Part shown: positions 29,901 to 39,460 of the stretch, one piece after another
Numbering within the stretch: the first letter of the stretch is position 1
Layout of the letters: each line of letters begins with the position of its first letter
Assembly: GCA_963733055.1 (NCBI GenBank)
Contig: CAVTBR010000001.1
Location: forward strand, 160,001-224,000
DNA length: 64,000 bases
Direction: 5' to 3'
Source: Candidatus Bathyarchaeota archaeon
Lineage (GTDB): Archaea; Thermoproteota; Bathyarchaeia; 40CM-2-53-6
Notes under the pieces: generated by a model
Seen by the model: only the letters and a program-made list of their open reading frames with translations
Database searches by the model: none
Told to the model about the DNA's origin: nothing
Position numbers and translations under genes: made by a program

Positions 29901-30347
29901 GATTGACTTTGATCTCAATCGTTCTAGTAGTTCTGTTAGCCATTTTCGTGTTTGGAGGCCCTTGTGGCGAAGCAGAACGTCGGACAGGATGTCGAGTACA
30001 ATACGTTTCGGTTGAATCGAGATTAAGGCGTCGTTCATCTGAAGGTTCAGGTCTGTGAGACTATCAATTCCCTTACCCGGAATCACGTTCTTTGAGGGTG
30101 GAACAGGTTTGTCGCTGCAAACAAGAACCTTGACGCCCTGAGTTGAATCATGCGTCACGATTTCGGCGGATGAAGACGTCCGACAGATCAGCAGACTCTC
30201 ATCCGATTCAACTCGCAGAAACCGTTTGAGAAGTATCGGCACCTCATCGCTTGCGGGAGCATTCAACACAATCATCGAACCCGCGAGGAATCCGCCCTGA
30301 AGAGCCTTGTCTAAGGTAGCGTACCCAGTCGAAACCTTACTCTTCAT
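26940..30347 (-). CDS. Multidomain protein: degenerate KaiC/RecA-like domain + STAND-type ATPase + TPR repeats
   Basis: STGYATLDKALQGG with eroded Walker A (NAPASDE); GEAGVGKT, LLFDDMQFAD, TGGNPFF; long Ala/Leu-rich helical repeat C-terminus. ATG 30347 preferred. Confidence 0.85.
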   Translation of the reverse strand: MKSKVSTGYATLDKALQGGFLAGSMIVLNAPASDEVPILLKRFLRVESDESLLICRTSSSAEIVTHDSTQGVKVLVCSDKPVPPSKNVIPGKGIDSLTDLNLQMNDALISIQPKRIVLDILSDVLLRHKGLQTRKWLTELLERLRSKSITTLAVLNPYMHSGEDVQAVVGLFDGNLEIVEGEGQKSLRVKWMHGVEVVEKELSLVDLTAQTRVSETSGTVAAAPSKEPRWATSFVSRKEELSRLKASFDSALGGRGSVVAMQGEAGVGKTRLMHELATYARSKISLVLSGTASEEGVAYAPWIEIARQYVAQAAGEVLQRMLGPNASELVKLVPDLAVKVGTIPPPKSLGEQQDKLRFFEAVTQFFISICKESPLLLLFDDMQFADQPSLDLLEYLVRSSTDSRVLMVCSLPPERDIEADSPLEQTMMKFNKQRLLETISVKGLDLEGTTKLIKGIFGEQTLSGEFAELLFERTGGNPFFVEEVLRSLVEDGTIYRTDKGWERKPIQDLTIPRSVKTALRARLTKLDPETLSILQWAAVIGSEFDFEILKEALQLTEDTLLEKLEATINQGLVVELQMEHGRLRFADPRVRELLLEDLILLKRRRYHLKIAESMEKHYSKTLESHAEALASHYSEGGDKERTVKYSIMAGDRNRSVHAYDAAIHDFKLASDLMDLEGENNEIKAGALEKLAECYFYAGRLQESARDYELARSIFSRLNNLTACARISVRLSDAIGRGGFSTIESTAYHEAISVLERGLKNVESDQESFEAAAIYSRLAWFHGLCEERSEVANWSERGLKAGEKSGNFEAISMAIGNKGALLTDTGKIDEGLTLWEKALELSLQHEQYIQAFRASLNLSVYWYPRDLTKAREFMLKRFELAARLNDIMMQATSLGWLSYVDMLRGDWGKARNEADKAFEVFDRLGAAPSEYYKLRREKLRHLLEGKSEEFERYLRSLIKRDSTLASLVEVNLELGQLRMAQGRDDEAKPYFESNVEAFKDAEFSTQPLNHIETLLYLTQVYARQGEIEKARNSSQWAKRLAAQLNGQAGMAMAMQAEANLLLATGDLKGAEEAYLGCLALWDKAGWPYYKAKALAAYAEFLGTTKVEESKKRLGEASELFRKLGAKRDLMITEAKL

Positions 30348-30860
30348 TGAAGTGGCAGGAGCTGGCTTTTCGGTCAAGTTTGCGAGGGCCCTAAACCTGC
30401 AAGCGTGTATGCTTCCCAAAAGAGGTTTACGGTCCGAGACAGCAAAAAGCTCATCATCTGACCCATTGTCCACAAATCAACATCTAGATGTTGCCCGAGA
30501 GTTAGCAACTAGCACAATTAGAAAAGGATATGATTCATTCGATCTTGATGACTTCGGTCTTCTTCCACTTCAGTGTACCATTTCTGTTTGGTTCCCATTC
30601 GACTGCGAATTTTCCAACCCATGGATTTAGGATTTATGACCCAACGACGAGCGCATATTCGATGTTCAAATAACAATAGATGATATTGCAACTGATAAAA
30701 GATAACGCGGGACCGAGGACGAAGAATTGATTGCTCCTCGCAGAAACCACACCGGGCCAAGGGTGCTACGATGACGCCTAACTTTTTCACGCGTCTTCAA
30801 CTGCATTGATGTCCGCAAAGGCATAAATACAAATCGAATGCAGCCTGTTGCAGGTTCGGT

Positions 30861-32451
30861 TTGTCCAAATCCAAGATTTTCGTTAGAGACGCTACTGGCC
30901 TAGTACGTGAAATATCTGGTTTCCGGGCTTTCGTTCTAAGTTTGTTCGTTATCGCACCCGCCCTCGTGCTGTTGTGGATCGTTGTTGGACAGGCGATTTT
31001 TCCGGGCGCCAACCTATACATATCAACCCTGCTCGCCCTCCCTTCGAGCTTGATTATGGGGCTAATTTACGTTCAGTTCGCAAGCGTCTTCCCGCGGTTC
31101 CGGAGGGGATTACGTCTACATCGGCAGGACATTGCACCCGTCCCTCGGGTTCATGTCGAATTTCGTTGTCAGCTTAATCTTCCTGTCCGCGGCGGGCTCT
31201 TTTGCGGTTTACATTAGCACCTTCGGCTTTGGCCCTATGCTCGGCGTTCTAGGAGTGCTTTATGCGAATCCAAGTTACTCATCCATGGCCGGAATTTTCA
31301 ATGTCCCGCTGAATCAACTAATCATAGGCGTCCTATTCGTTATCGGACTCAACCTCTTCGTCTTCCTCGGAACCCGCACCACATTCCTAGTCAAGAACGC
31401 ACTGTTCATAATCACCTACATCGGAATCATAGCTTACATCGTGGCGATGGCCGTTACCTCAAACTCTTCGTTCGTATCCAACTTCAACTCTGTCTCAACC
31501 CTGCCCTACGACAAAGTGATCTCTACCGCCCAATCGGCGGGCGCCAACCTCGCGTTCAACTGGAGCGACACGGTCGGAGCGGTAGTATACATGAATCTAG
31601 CTGTACTAGGTTACGTGGCCAGCAGCTACACCGGTGGCGAAGTCCGGAATCCCCAGAAATCCCAGATGATAGGTATCGTTGGTTCATTGCTCTTCTACAT
31701 CTTTTTCCTGTTCTTGGCAATCGGGGTAACTTACACGACGATGGGGCATGATTTTCTTGCATCGATCGGCTACTTAGGTGTCACCGCAAACCCGGCCTAC
31801 ACAATTCCGGCTCCTCTACCAATACTCACCGCCCTAGCGGGCTACGGTACCCTCAGTCCCGCCCTGGAAATTCTTCTTGGGATCGGAATCATAACGACAC
31901 TGTTTGGTGTCATCATTGCATTGACTTTCGCCTCGAGCCGAATGATCTTTGCCTGGAGCTTTGACGCCGTTATCCCAACAAAGTTCGCTGACGTGAGCGA
32001 AAGATTTCACACTCCGCACTATGCATTGATTCTGATGAGCGTCTTGGAGATCCTTTTCGTGTACCTCACAATTTACACGCCAGCGTCCGCTTACCTTACC
32101 TACAACGTAACCGGGCAGTTCGCGATTCTAGCCATCCTCGGCGTCGGAGCCATAGTCTTCCCATACGGGCGGTGGAAGGGTCTATTCGAGTCATCACCTC
32201 CACTCGTTAGGAGGAAGGTTGCGGGAGTACCGTTGATTGTAATCATGGGAGTCCTCTCAGTGATTGACGGAATTGCCGTCGCGTACGCGACCCTGTCGCC
32301 AGCAATAACCGGCCCGTTCAACCCAGCGTACGTAACAATGACGGGACTGTTCTTCCTCGCCGGTTTCGTCTACTATTGGCTATCGTACTTTGTCCAAAAG
32401 AGACGAGGAATACCGATAGACCGGATCCATAGGGAGCTCCCACCCGAGTAA
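30861..32451 (+). CDS. APC family permease; +1 frameshift near 31094-31100
   Basis: IFVRDATGLVRE in ORF 30861; PRSGGDYV restored by deleting one base; SRMIFAWSFD; ends LPPE. Confidence 0.87.
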
Positions 32452-32786
32452 ACGCTTACCAGCTTTCCGAATAGCGTTCAAACAGGTCCATGAACGACCT
32501 GTAGTTTCCCCTATTTCCCGCGTCGAACCTCATGCTCGTCCCATGTTCATTCGACCGGCCCAGGAGTTTTGTCCTCCGGCTCTGAGAGAAGACTCAGCCT
32601 GCGCGAAGCGTTCCACACAAAGGTTAGAGAATGGTGAAGTCTTTACAACAGACATCCAACGCTCATTGATATGCATCCTCGAAACTGCAGAAATCATGAA
32701 CTATTTGCGGGATCGAATCTGCATTTGCACCCGAGAAAAAGAGTCGATACGTTCTATACCTTCTTCGCAAACAACACGCGTCGATC

Positions 32787-33473
32787 GTGTTAGAAGGCAG
32801 AAGAAATTTGAGCCGAACCAAAGACACCGCAATAAGAAACATAAGGAAACATGTCTTGGAGACCGCATTGAAAATGGTGAAAGCCGGGCTGGTCGTCGCG
32901 AAGGAAGGCAATGTAAGTGCGCGGGTCCCGGGAGAGGATAAGATCGCTATTACCCCATCTCGACTCCCTTACGAGTTGATGACCGTAAACGATATCCTCG
33001 TTGTAGGGTTTGACGAAAAGATCATCCTTGGAAAAAGGAAACCATCAACAGAAACTAAGATGCATATCGCGGTTTTCAAAGCGCGAACCGATGCTGGAGG
33101 AATACTTCATACGCACTCACCCTACGCGTCTGCATTGTCGTGTCTTAATGGTTCAAGGATACCGCCCTTAATGGATGAGCAGACTGTTTACTTAGGTGGG
33201 GACGTTGGAATGACGCCCTACGCTGTGGCTGGGAGTGCCGAGATCGGAGCCAATGCTGCTTCTGCTCTCCTCGAAAGAGACGGTACATTGTTGTCCAACC
33301 ACGGCACTATCTGTTGCGGTAAGAGCCTAGAGGAGGCGCTGAGAAACGCCATTCTTGTTGAAAAGCTTGCAAAAGTCTATCTCCTTGCAAAAAGCATTGG
33401 TGAAGTTACCTCAGTCCCAGCGGACATCATTGAGGCGCAGAAACGTAGGTACCTCTCCGCGAGACAGATTTAG
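32787..33473 (+). CDS. Class II aldolase (FucA/AraD-like)
   Basis: EGNVSAR, ITPS, KPSTETKMH, HTHSPY, LSNHG. Confidence 0.9.
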   Translation: MLEGRRNLSRTKDTAIRNIRKHVLETALKMVKAGLVVAKEGNVSARVPGEDKIAITPSRLPYELMTVNDILVVGFDEKIILGKRKPSTETKMHIAVFKARTDAGGILHTHSPYASALSCLNGSRIPPLMDEQTVYLGGDVGMTPYAVAGSAEIGANAASALLERDGTLLSNHGTICCGKSLEEALRNAILVEKLAKVYLLAKSIGEVTSVPADIIEAQKRRYLSARQI

Positions 33474-33541
33474 CACTTCGGAAGAAATATTTCACTGGAC
33501 TTTGCGTGCCCAAAACTAACAAAGCTCGTCCCATTCGGCAC

Positions 33542-34858
33542 TCATATTCTGGCAGCGTCTTTCATCGATTCTGCCGCGGCGTTGATCGTCTTATCGATAT
33601 CGTCTCTAGTGTGGGACACGGAGAGGCACCAACGCGTGTGTCGTCCTGGCGAAGAGTTGAAGACGCCTCGGTTAATCATGCCCTGGTAGAACACGGCGCA
33701 CCTCTTCATGTGAGGGTCGAGATGGATGTCGTTGATTTGTTCTGGCGTACTGAGAGGCTCGTTACTTCCGAAGATTATGGAGAATAGCGTTGGGACACCC
33801 TGTACTACACATTCAACATGTGCTTCCTTAGCCGCGTCTCGAATTCCCGCCATCAAGCGCTCTCCGAGATTGGCCATGGAGGAGTAGTGTGCCCCATTCT
33901 CGAGTTCTTTTATTGTCGCAATCGCGGCGGCAGTGCTGATCGGGTGCGAATTGTAGGTTCCCCCGACGTAGCTCTTCACACGCATGAATTCCTCCTTACC
34001 TGCCACGGCGGCAATGGGAAATCCGTTCGCCATTGCCTTTGCAAACGTCGCTAGGTCCGGTGTGATTCCATACAGCTTCTGCCCGCCTCCAATACCAACC
34101 CGGAACCCCGTCACAACTTCATCAAATATCAGCATAATATTCTCGGATTCGGTCAGCTTTCTGAGAAGTGAAAGGAAGCCTGGGTTTGGTGCGATGCATC
34201 CGAAGTTTCCAAGAAGCGTCTCGCAAATGACGGCAGCAATCTCATTGCTTCGCCTCTTCAATAATTTCTCAACGGCAGTCGGCTCATTCCATGGTAACGC
34301 TAGGATCTCTTGTCCCGCGCTTTCCGCGATTCCGCTTGATCCAAGCTGCGAGGGCAGGAAGGAATCGAATCTGTTCCAATCGTGCCAAGAATGGTAATGG
34401 CCGTTGAATTTTACGACCTTTTGCTTGCCCGTGTAGGCTCGCGCGATTCTTAATGCAGCAGCCGTGGCATCTGAACCCGACACAACAAGGTTCACCATCT
34501 CTGCACAGGGTACGTGTTTGGTGAATAGTTTTGAAAGCTCGATCTCGGCTTCATGGTTCAGCCCGAATATGATCCCATCGTCCATTTTCTTCTTGACTGC
34601 ATCATTCACCTTGGGGTAAGCATGCCCTAGAATTACCGGGCCTAATGCCATGTAATAGTCTACGAAATCATTACCATCCACATCATGCAAGTGAGACCCT
34701 GCGCCGCGACGGATGAATTTGGGATAATTCATTGCAGGCATCTCTACCCGGCCCTCGAACCTGCCAGCTATCGGCGCTATGCGCGCCCAACTGTGAGTTC
34801 CGTGAGGAGTTACTTTCTTCGCAACCTCAAGCAGTTCATTTGATTTATCAAAGTTCAA
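33542..34858 (-). CDS. Class III aminotransferase, glutamate-1-semialdehyde aminomutase-like
   Basis: DVDGNDFVDY, GPVILGH, GHYHSWHD, FDEVVTGFR, AKAMANG, GGTYNSHP. Confidence 0.88.
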   Translation of the reverse strand: MNFDKSNELLEVAKKVTPHGTHSWARIAPIAGRFEGRVEMPAMNYPKFIRRGAGSHLHDVDGNDFVDYYMALGPVILGHAYPKVNDAVKKKMDDGIIFGLNHEAEIELSKLFTKHVPCAEMVNLVVSGSDATAAALRIARAYTGKQKVVKFNGHYHSWHDWNRFDSFLPSQLGSSGIAESAGQEILALPWNEPTAVEKLLKRRSNEIAAVICETLLGNFGCIAPNPGFLSLLRKLTESENIMLIFDEVVTGFRVGIGGGQKLYGITPDLATFAKAMANGFPIAAVAGKEEFMRVKSYVGGTYNSHPISTAAAIATIKELENGAHYSSMANLGERLMAGIRDAAKEAHVECVVQGVPTLFSIIFGSNEPLSTPEQINDIHLDPHMKRCAVFYQGMINRGVFNSSPGRHTRWCLSVSHTRDDIDKTINAAAESMKDAARI

Positions 34859-34917
34859 GCTACGGACCTAGGCACCAGCATGGGATGCTTCCCCATAAGT
34901 GTCTCGCGCTATTCTCG

Positions 34918-36426
34918 TCAGGTCGCAGAATCTCGATTCGAATCCCATTCATGGTATATTTTGGCTAATTCCTTTGGATATGATTCCTTAAAGTTCCTCA
35001 GCAACTGTCCATAGATTCTAGAAAACTGTTTTCGTGGCCGCCTCCTGAATGAGATTGGAAGGAGTCTATCTAGATTGTCGAGGTTAGTGTAGAACCCCGT
35101 CCCAAGTGCGGCGATCAAGGCGGCGCCGATCGCGCCGGCATACTGTGGCCATTTTACCACTTCTATCTCTTGGGCCAGGACGTCTGCGAGTATCTGCGTC
35201 CATAGCCTACTATTGAAGCCCCCTCCTATCGTGCGAAGTGGTCTTCGTGTGATGGGTACGTGTTGATTCTTCATTTGGTCACGTACCCATCCAATGTTGA
35301 ACGCCACGCCTTCCATAACAGCCCGTACTAAGTGCTCCCTCCCATGATTGAGTGTCAGGCCCATGAACGCCCCTCGTGCGGAATCGTCCCTTATCGGAGC
35401 CTTCTCACCTTTCATCCAAGGCGTGAAGATTAGATTCCCGGATCCGGGTGGTGCTTGCGCAGCGAGGCGGTCTAACTGAGCGTATCTCTGACGTTCACTC
35501 ATGCGCGCGGGGTAGAGTTGCTGTGATAACCAGTCTAAACACGCGCAGGCACTCTCTGACTCACCCGCCAAAAACCATCTTCCCATAGGGTTGATTGCAA
35601 ATAGGCCGCCGGAAGGTATCTTTCCCGCTGCGAATCGAGTCTTCTTCGATGACGTTACGCAAAACCACGAAGAGGACCCTAGATAGACGTGGGCGCTTCC
35701 CGACCTTAGTGCTCCAGACCCCATGACTGCGGTCGCCACGTCACTTCCACCCGCGACTACCGGAACACCTTCAGTGAGGCCTAGCTCTCTACCCGCGGTC
35801 TCCGTCGTTATACCAGCAATGCCTATTGCGGGTATTGGTGTCGCGACCCTGTCTGCTGTTAGACCGTAGCGTTCGAACCTCCATTCCTTCTTCTCCCCAT
35901 AGCCAAACCATAGCGCATTTTCTATTGGCAAAACGAAATTTCCAGTCAGCTTCGCTAGTAGATAGCCGCCACAGTCAATGAATTTGAAGGCCTCACGGAA
36001 AACCCGCGGCTCATGTCTCTTCAACCACAAGCATTTCACGGGAACATCCTTAGCCGAGAGATCACGACCGGTTTCTTCGCACATGATGTCCGCCTCTTTA
36101 GTGGCTCTGGAATCGAGCCAAGTCATGCAGGGGGCAAGTGGTCGGACGTTGGCGTCGACGGGTATGAACCCTAATCCTTGAACTCCGCAACTGATACCTC
36201 CAACCCGGTTTGAGTGAAGCCGTCCTTTCCGCAACGTCCGTCTAGTTGCCCTTACAAGCGCCCTCCACCAATCCCTCGGATTCTGTTCATGTGCGCCTGC
36301 AACGGGCGAGTAAGACGGGTAGCGTTGAAAATCCGAAGCGAGAGGATGACCTTTCGAATCTACCGCAACGGCCTTAACGCCACTTGTCCCTAGGTCATAT
36401 CCAAGAAAATACTTTCCCGGCGTCAA
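34918..36426 (-). CDS. FGGY family carbohydrate kinase (xylulokinase-like)
   Basis: GYDLGTSGVK, WLDSRA, GEKAP, RAVMEGVA, IGGG. Confidence 0.9.
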   Translation of the reverse strand: MTPGKYFLGYDLGTSGVKAVAVDSKGHPLASDFQRYPSYSPVAGAHEQNPRDWWRALVRATRRTLRKGRLHSNRVGGISCGVQGLGFIPVDANVRPLAPCMTWLDSRATKEADIMCEETGRDLSAKDVPVKCLWLKRHEPRVFREAFKFIDCGGYLLAKLTGNFVLPIENALWFGYGEKKEWRFERYGLTADRVATPIPAIGIAGITTETAGRELGLTEGVPVVAGGSDVATAVMGSGALRSGSAHVYLGSSSWFCVTSSKKTRFAAGKIPSGGLFAINPMGRWFLAGESESACACLDWLSQQLYPARMSERQRYAQLDRLAAQAPPGSGNLIFTPWMKGEKAPIRDDSARGAFMGLTLNHGREHLVRAVMEGVAFNIGWVRDQMKNQHVPITRRPLRTIGGGFNSRLWTQILADVLAQEIEVVKWPQYAGAIGAALIAALGTGFYTNLDNLDRLLPISFRRRPRKQFSRIYGQLLRNFKESYPKELAKIYHEWDSNRDSAT

Positions 36427-36711
36427 GTAGTATCAACCGTAAGCCAAGGAAACTGCGAAACTCAAGGAGCCATAAAGTGTTATGGTGTGGCAGGAAGAAG
36501 TTAAATCCAAACAATCAAGATTCGCGGGCACTTTGGCGGAGAAAGTGAACTTCTAGAGAGAGCTCAAGGGAAGAACGGTCGCCACGGCGGTCATAGAGGC
36601 TTCTCAGCCGTGACTATGAAGGGCAACGACGAAGCCGAATTTTCAGTCGGATATCATGCGCGCGGAGTAGAAACCTTAAGAGAACCTGCTCGTAACGCGA
36701 GACGAGTCGCT

Positions 36712-37540
36712 TTGGAGACATCGGATCTTCAGCACCTACGAGAACTGCGCTAGGTTTGTCCGCACGGAGACGATACGTCTAATTCAGATCGCGAAGAGTG
36801 GGCATTATACGTCTGTCTTCTCAGCGGCAGAGATCCTTTCGACTTTGTACTACCATACCATGCGTCTCTCCTCAGATCCTAAATGGCCCGACCGCGACCG
36901 CCTAATTCTTTCAAAAGGGCACATCGCCGTGGGAGTGTACCCGATTCTCGCCGATTTGGGTTTCTTTCCAAAGAAATGGCTTGACACTTACGCTAACCTC
37001 GGATCGCCTTTGGGCGACCATCCGGATATGCGAAAAGTCCCAGGCGCTGATTTTAGTTCAGGTTCATTGGGGCACGGGTTATCGATTGGTTTGGGCATGG
37101 CGTTCTGGTTGAGGCAGACTCAATCGCCTGCCAGAGTCTTTGTGCTAATGGGAGATGCGGAACTGAACGAGGGTCAGATCTGGGAGGCGGCTCAAGCGGC
37201 TGCTCACTATCATGTCGACAATCTGATAGGAATCGTAGACCGCAACATGATGGGTCTCGATGGGTTCACTGATGAGGTTATGGACATAGAACCTTTGGCG
37301 GATAAGTGGCGGTCGTTTGGATGGCAAGTGCACGAGTGCGACGGACATTCCGTGGGCGATCTCGTACGCACATTCGACAACCTACCCAGAAGCAGTAGTC
37401 AACCACAGGTCGTCATAGCGCGAACCGTCAAAGGGAAAGGAGTCAGTTTCATGGAAAAATCGCGAGTATGGCATTTGGGCCTGCTAACCGGAACTGACGT
37501 GGAAGCTGCGAATAAGGAGCTGTTAGTTGATGACAGGTGA
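36712..37540 (+). CDS. Transketolase N-terminal (TPP-binding) subunit; +1 frameshift near 36745-36750
   Basis: Upstream frame gives AKSGHYTSVFSAAEI; DRLILSKGH, GSLGHG, GDAELNEG...N, KGKG. Confidence 0.88.
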
Positions 37541-38531
37541 CCTGAAGCTGCAGGAGAAACAGTCTTGGAACCTAGGCATGATCCCCACTCAAGCCCGCGC
37601 GCTTGTAGCCGGCAAAGTCCTAGCCGACCTCGCCGATCGGAATGACCGAATAGCCGTTCTGACCGCGGATTTGGGGTATAGCAATCGTACAATAGAGTTC
37701 GCGCAAAGGCACCCGAACCGGTTCTTCAACCTCGGAATCGCGGAGCAGAACATGGTGAGCGTCGCTGCGGGGCTTGCGGCTTGCGGCGCTATCCCGTATG
37801 TCGCCACATTCGCATCCTTCCTAGCCCTCCTGTGTTGCGAGCAGATCCGAACCGACTTGGCATATCCAAACCTCCCCGTTCGATTACTCGCACACCATAC
37901 GGGTATCTCACTTGGCTACTACGGCACATCTCACCACGCAACCGAAGACATCGGAATCATGCGATCCATGGCTAACATGAAGATCGTCTGCCCCGCCGAC
38001 GCTTACAGCCTCGACCAAGCCCTACGACAAACCGTCGATGTCGAGGGGCCCATCTACTTCCGCCTTGGACGGGGCCGTGAGCCAGACGTATACCGAAGCG
38101 GAGACAAATGGGAATTCGGGAAATTAAACGTCCTTCGCCGCGGAAAAAACGCATTATTAATCTCGAACGGCATCATGGTCTTTGCTGCAAGAGAAGCCGC
38201 AGAATTATTGGCGAAAGAAGGCATCGACATCACCGTCGTCGATTTGCACACACTCCAACCGCTGGACACTGAGCGGCTGTTATCCCTCGTAGCGCAGCAT
38301 CGTTCTGTATTCGTTGCGGAGGAGCATAACACGAGGGGAGGAGTCGCAAGCGCTGTTGCTGATATGATTATTGATGCCCGGATGAAAGACGTGCAACTAG
38401 TGCGAATTGGATTCCCCCCCGACGAATACGCGATTATTGGTCCGCCTTACTACCTCTACCAACATTACGGGTTGGACGGTGCTGGGATTGCGGGGCGGGT
38501 TCGCGAAGTGCTGCGTAAGGAGAAATCGTAG
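37527..38531 (+). CDS. Transketolase C-terminal subunit
   Basis: LTADL, GIAEQNMV, SHHATED, YFRLGR, EEHN. Confidence 0.9.
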   Translation: MMTGDLKLQEKQSWNLGMIPTQARALVAGKVLADLADRNDRIAVLTADLGYSNRTIEFAQRHPNRFFNLGIAEQNMVSVAAGLAACGAIPYVATFASFLALLCCEQIRTDLAYPNLPVRLLAHHTGISLGYYGTSHHATEDIGIMRSMANMKIVCPADAYSLDQALRQTVDVEGPIYFRLGRGREPDVYRSGDKWEFGKLNVLRRGKNALLISNGIMVFAAREAAELLAKEGIDITVVDLHTLQPLDTERLLSLVAQHRSVFVAEEHNTRGGVASAVADMIIDARMKDVQLVRIGFPPDEYAIIGPPYYLYQHYGLDGAGIAGRVREVLRKEKS

Positions 38532-38631
38532 TAGCCGCGGTACGAATTAACGACAACTCCCACGGAGAGTATCAACGTTAATAGTCTGCAAGACTCGACG
38601 CTGCATGCTATCGTACCGTTGGTGATGCAGT

Positions 38632-39366
38632 TTGGGTTTAGAGATTTACACCCTGATGCTAGGGGAGACTGTGGACGACGAGAGCACACTCACGTACTTG
38701 GGAAGTCCCGGCAAAACAAGGAAGACCGCGTTCTATTCTTTCTACATTAAGGGCGCAGAAACTCCAATTATCGTCGACACGTTCATCAGAGACCCGACCC
38801 GGCCGAACTGGGGCAATGCGATTGAAGTTAAACCCGAATGGGAGTACAAGCGACAGCTCGCGAATGTTGGCCTTGACCCACAGAAGGTAGGGATCGTAAT
38901 ACTTACACACCTGCATTTTGATCACTGTGGCAACAACAACCTGTTTCCTAATGCCAAGATCTACGTACAAAGAGAGGAACTCGCCTACGCTGCAACCCTG
39001 AACGACACTAGATCCTTACAGCTCTTTGATCAGAGAGACATCGCTAATCTCGTTGAGCGTGACAAACACCGTCTCGAAATCATCGATGGCGACCGGGAAG
39101 TTGCTAAGGGGGTTAAGTGTGTTCGCGTAGGGGGACACACAGCGGGAAGCCAAGCGGTCTATGTCGACACTGCGCAAGGCCTTGCGATATTGACGGGGGA
39201 TGCCTGCTACGTTTACGATAACTTAGAGCAACGGATTCCTACAGGCATTTTCTTCCGATATGAGGAATGCATAGCCGCTATTGACAGGTTCAGAAGAGAA
39301 GGCCGATTCATAATAGTCAATCACGATCTCGATGTGCTCAAGAAATACCCGAAAGTACCTCCGTAG
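38632..39366 (+). CDS. Metallo-beta-lactamase fold hydrolase (AHL-lactonase-like family)
   Basis: THLHFDHCG, GGHTAGSQ, TGDA, NHD. Confidence 0.85.
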   Translation: MGLEIYTLMLGETVDDESTLTYLGSPGKTRKTAFYSFYIKGAETPIIVDTFIRDPTRPNWGNAIEVKPEWEYKRQLANVGLDPQKVGIVILTHLHFDHCGNNNLFPNAKIYVQREELAYAATLNDTRSLQLFDQRDIANLVERDKHRLEIIDGDREVAKGVKCVRVGGHTAGSQAVYVDTAQGLAILTGDACYVYDNLEQRIPTGIFFRYEECIAAIDRFRREGRFIIVNHDLDVLKKYPKVPP

Positions 39367-39460
39367 AGTGCTTGCTGATACATCTTCGACCTATTTCTAG
39401 CGCTCAATCCTGAGCCCAATCGTCCTGAAGAGATAGTCAGGATCTTCGCAGGTCGGCCAA

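Noticed and set aside
30518-30790. 90-aa ORF with CxxC
   Set aside because: No convincing composition or RBS; lies in a divergent promoter region
38632-39366. Quorum-quenching role for the lactonase-like gene
   Set aside because: The family is broad, and the sugar-catabolic context suggests a metabolic lactonase or amidase
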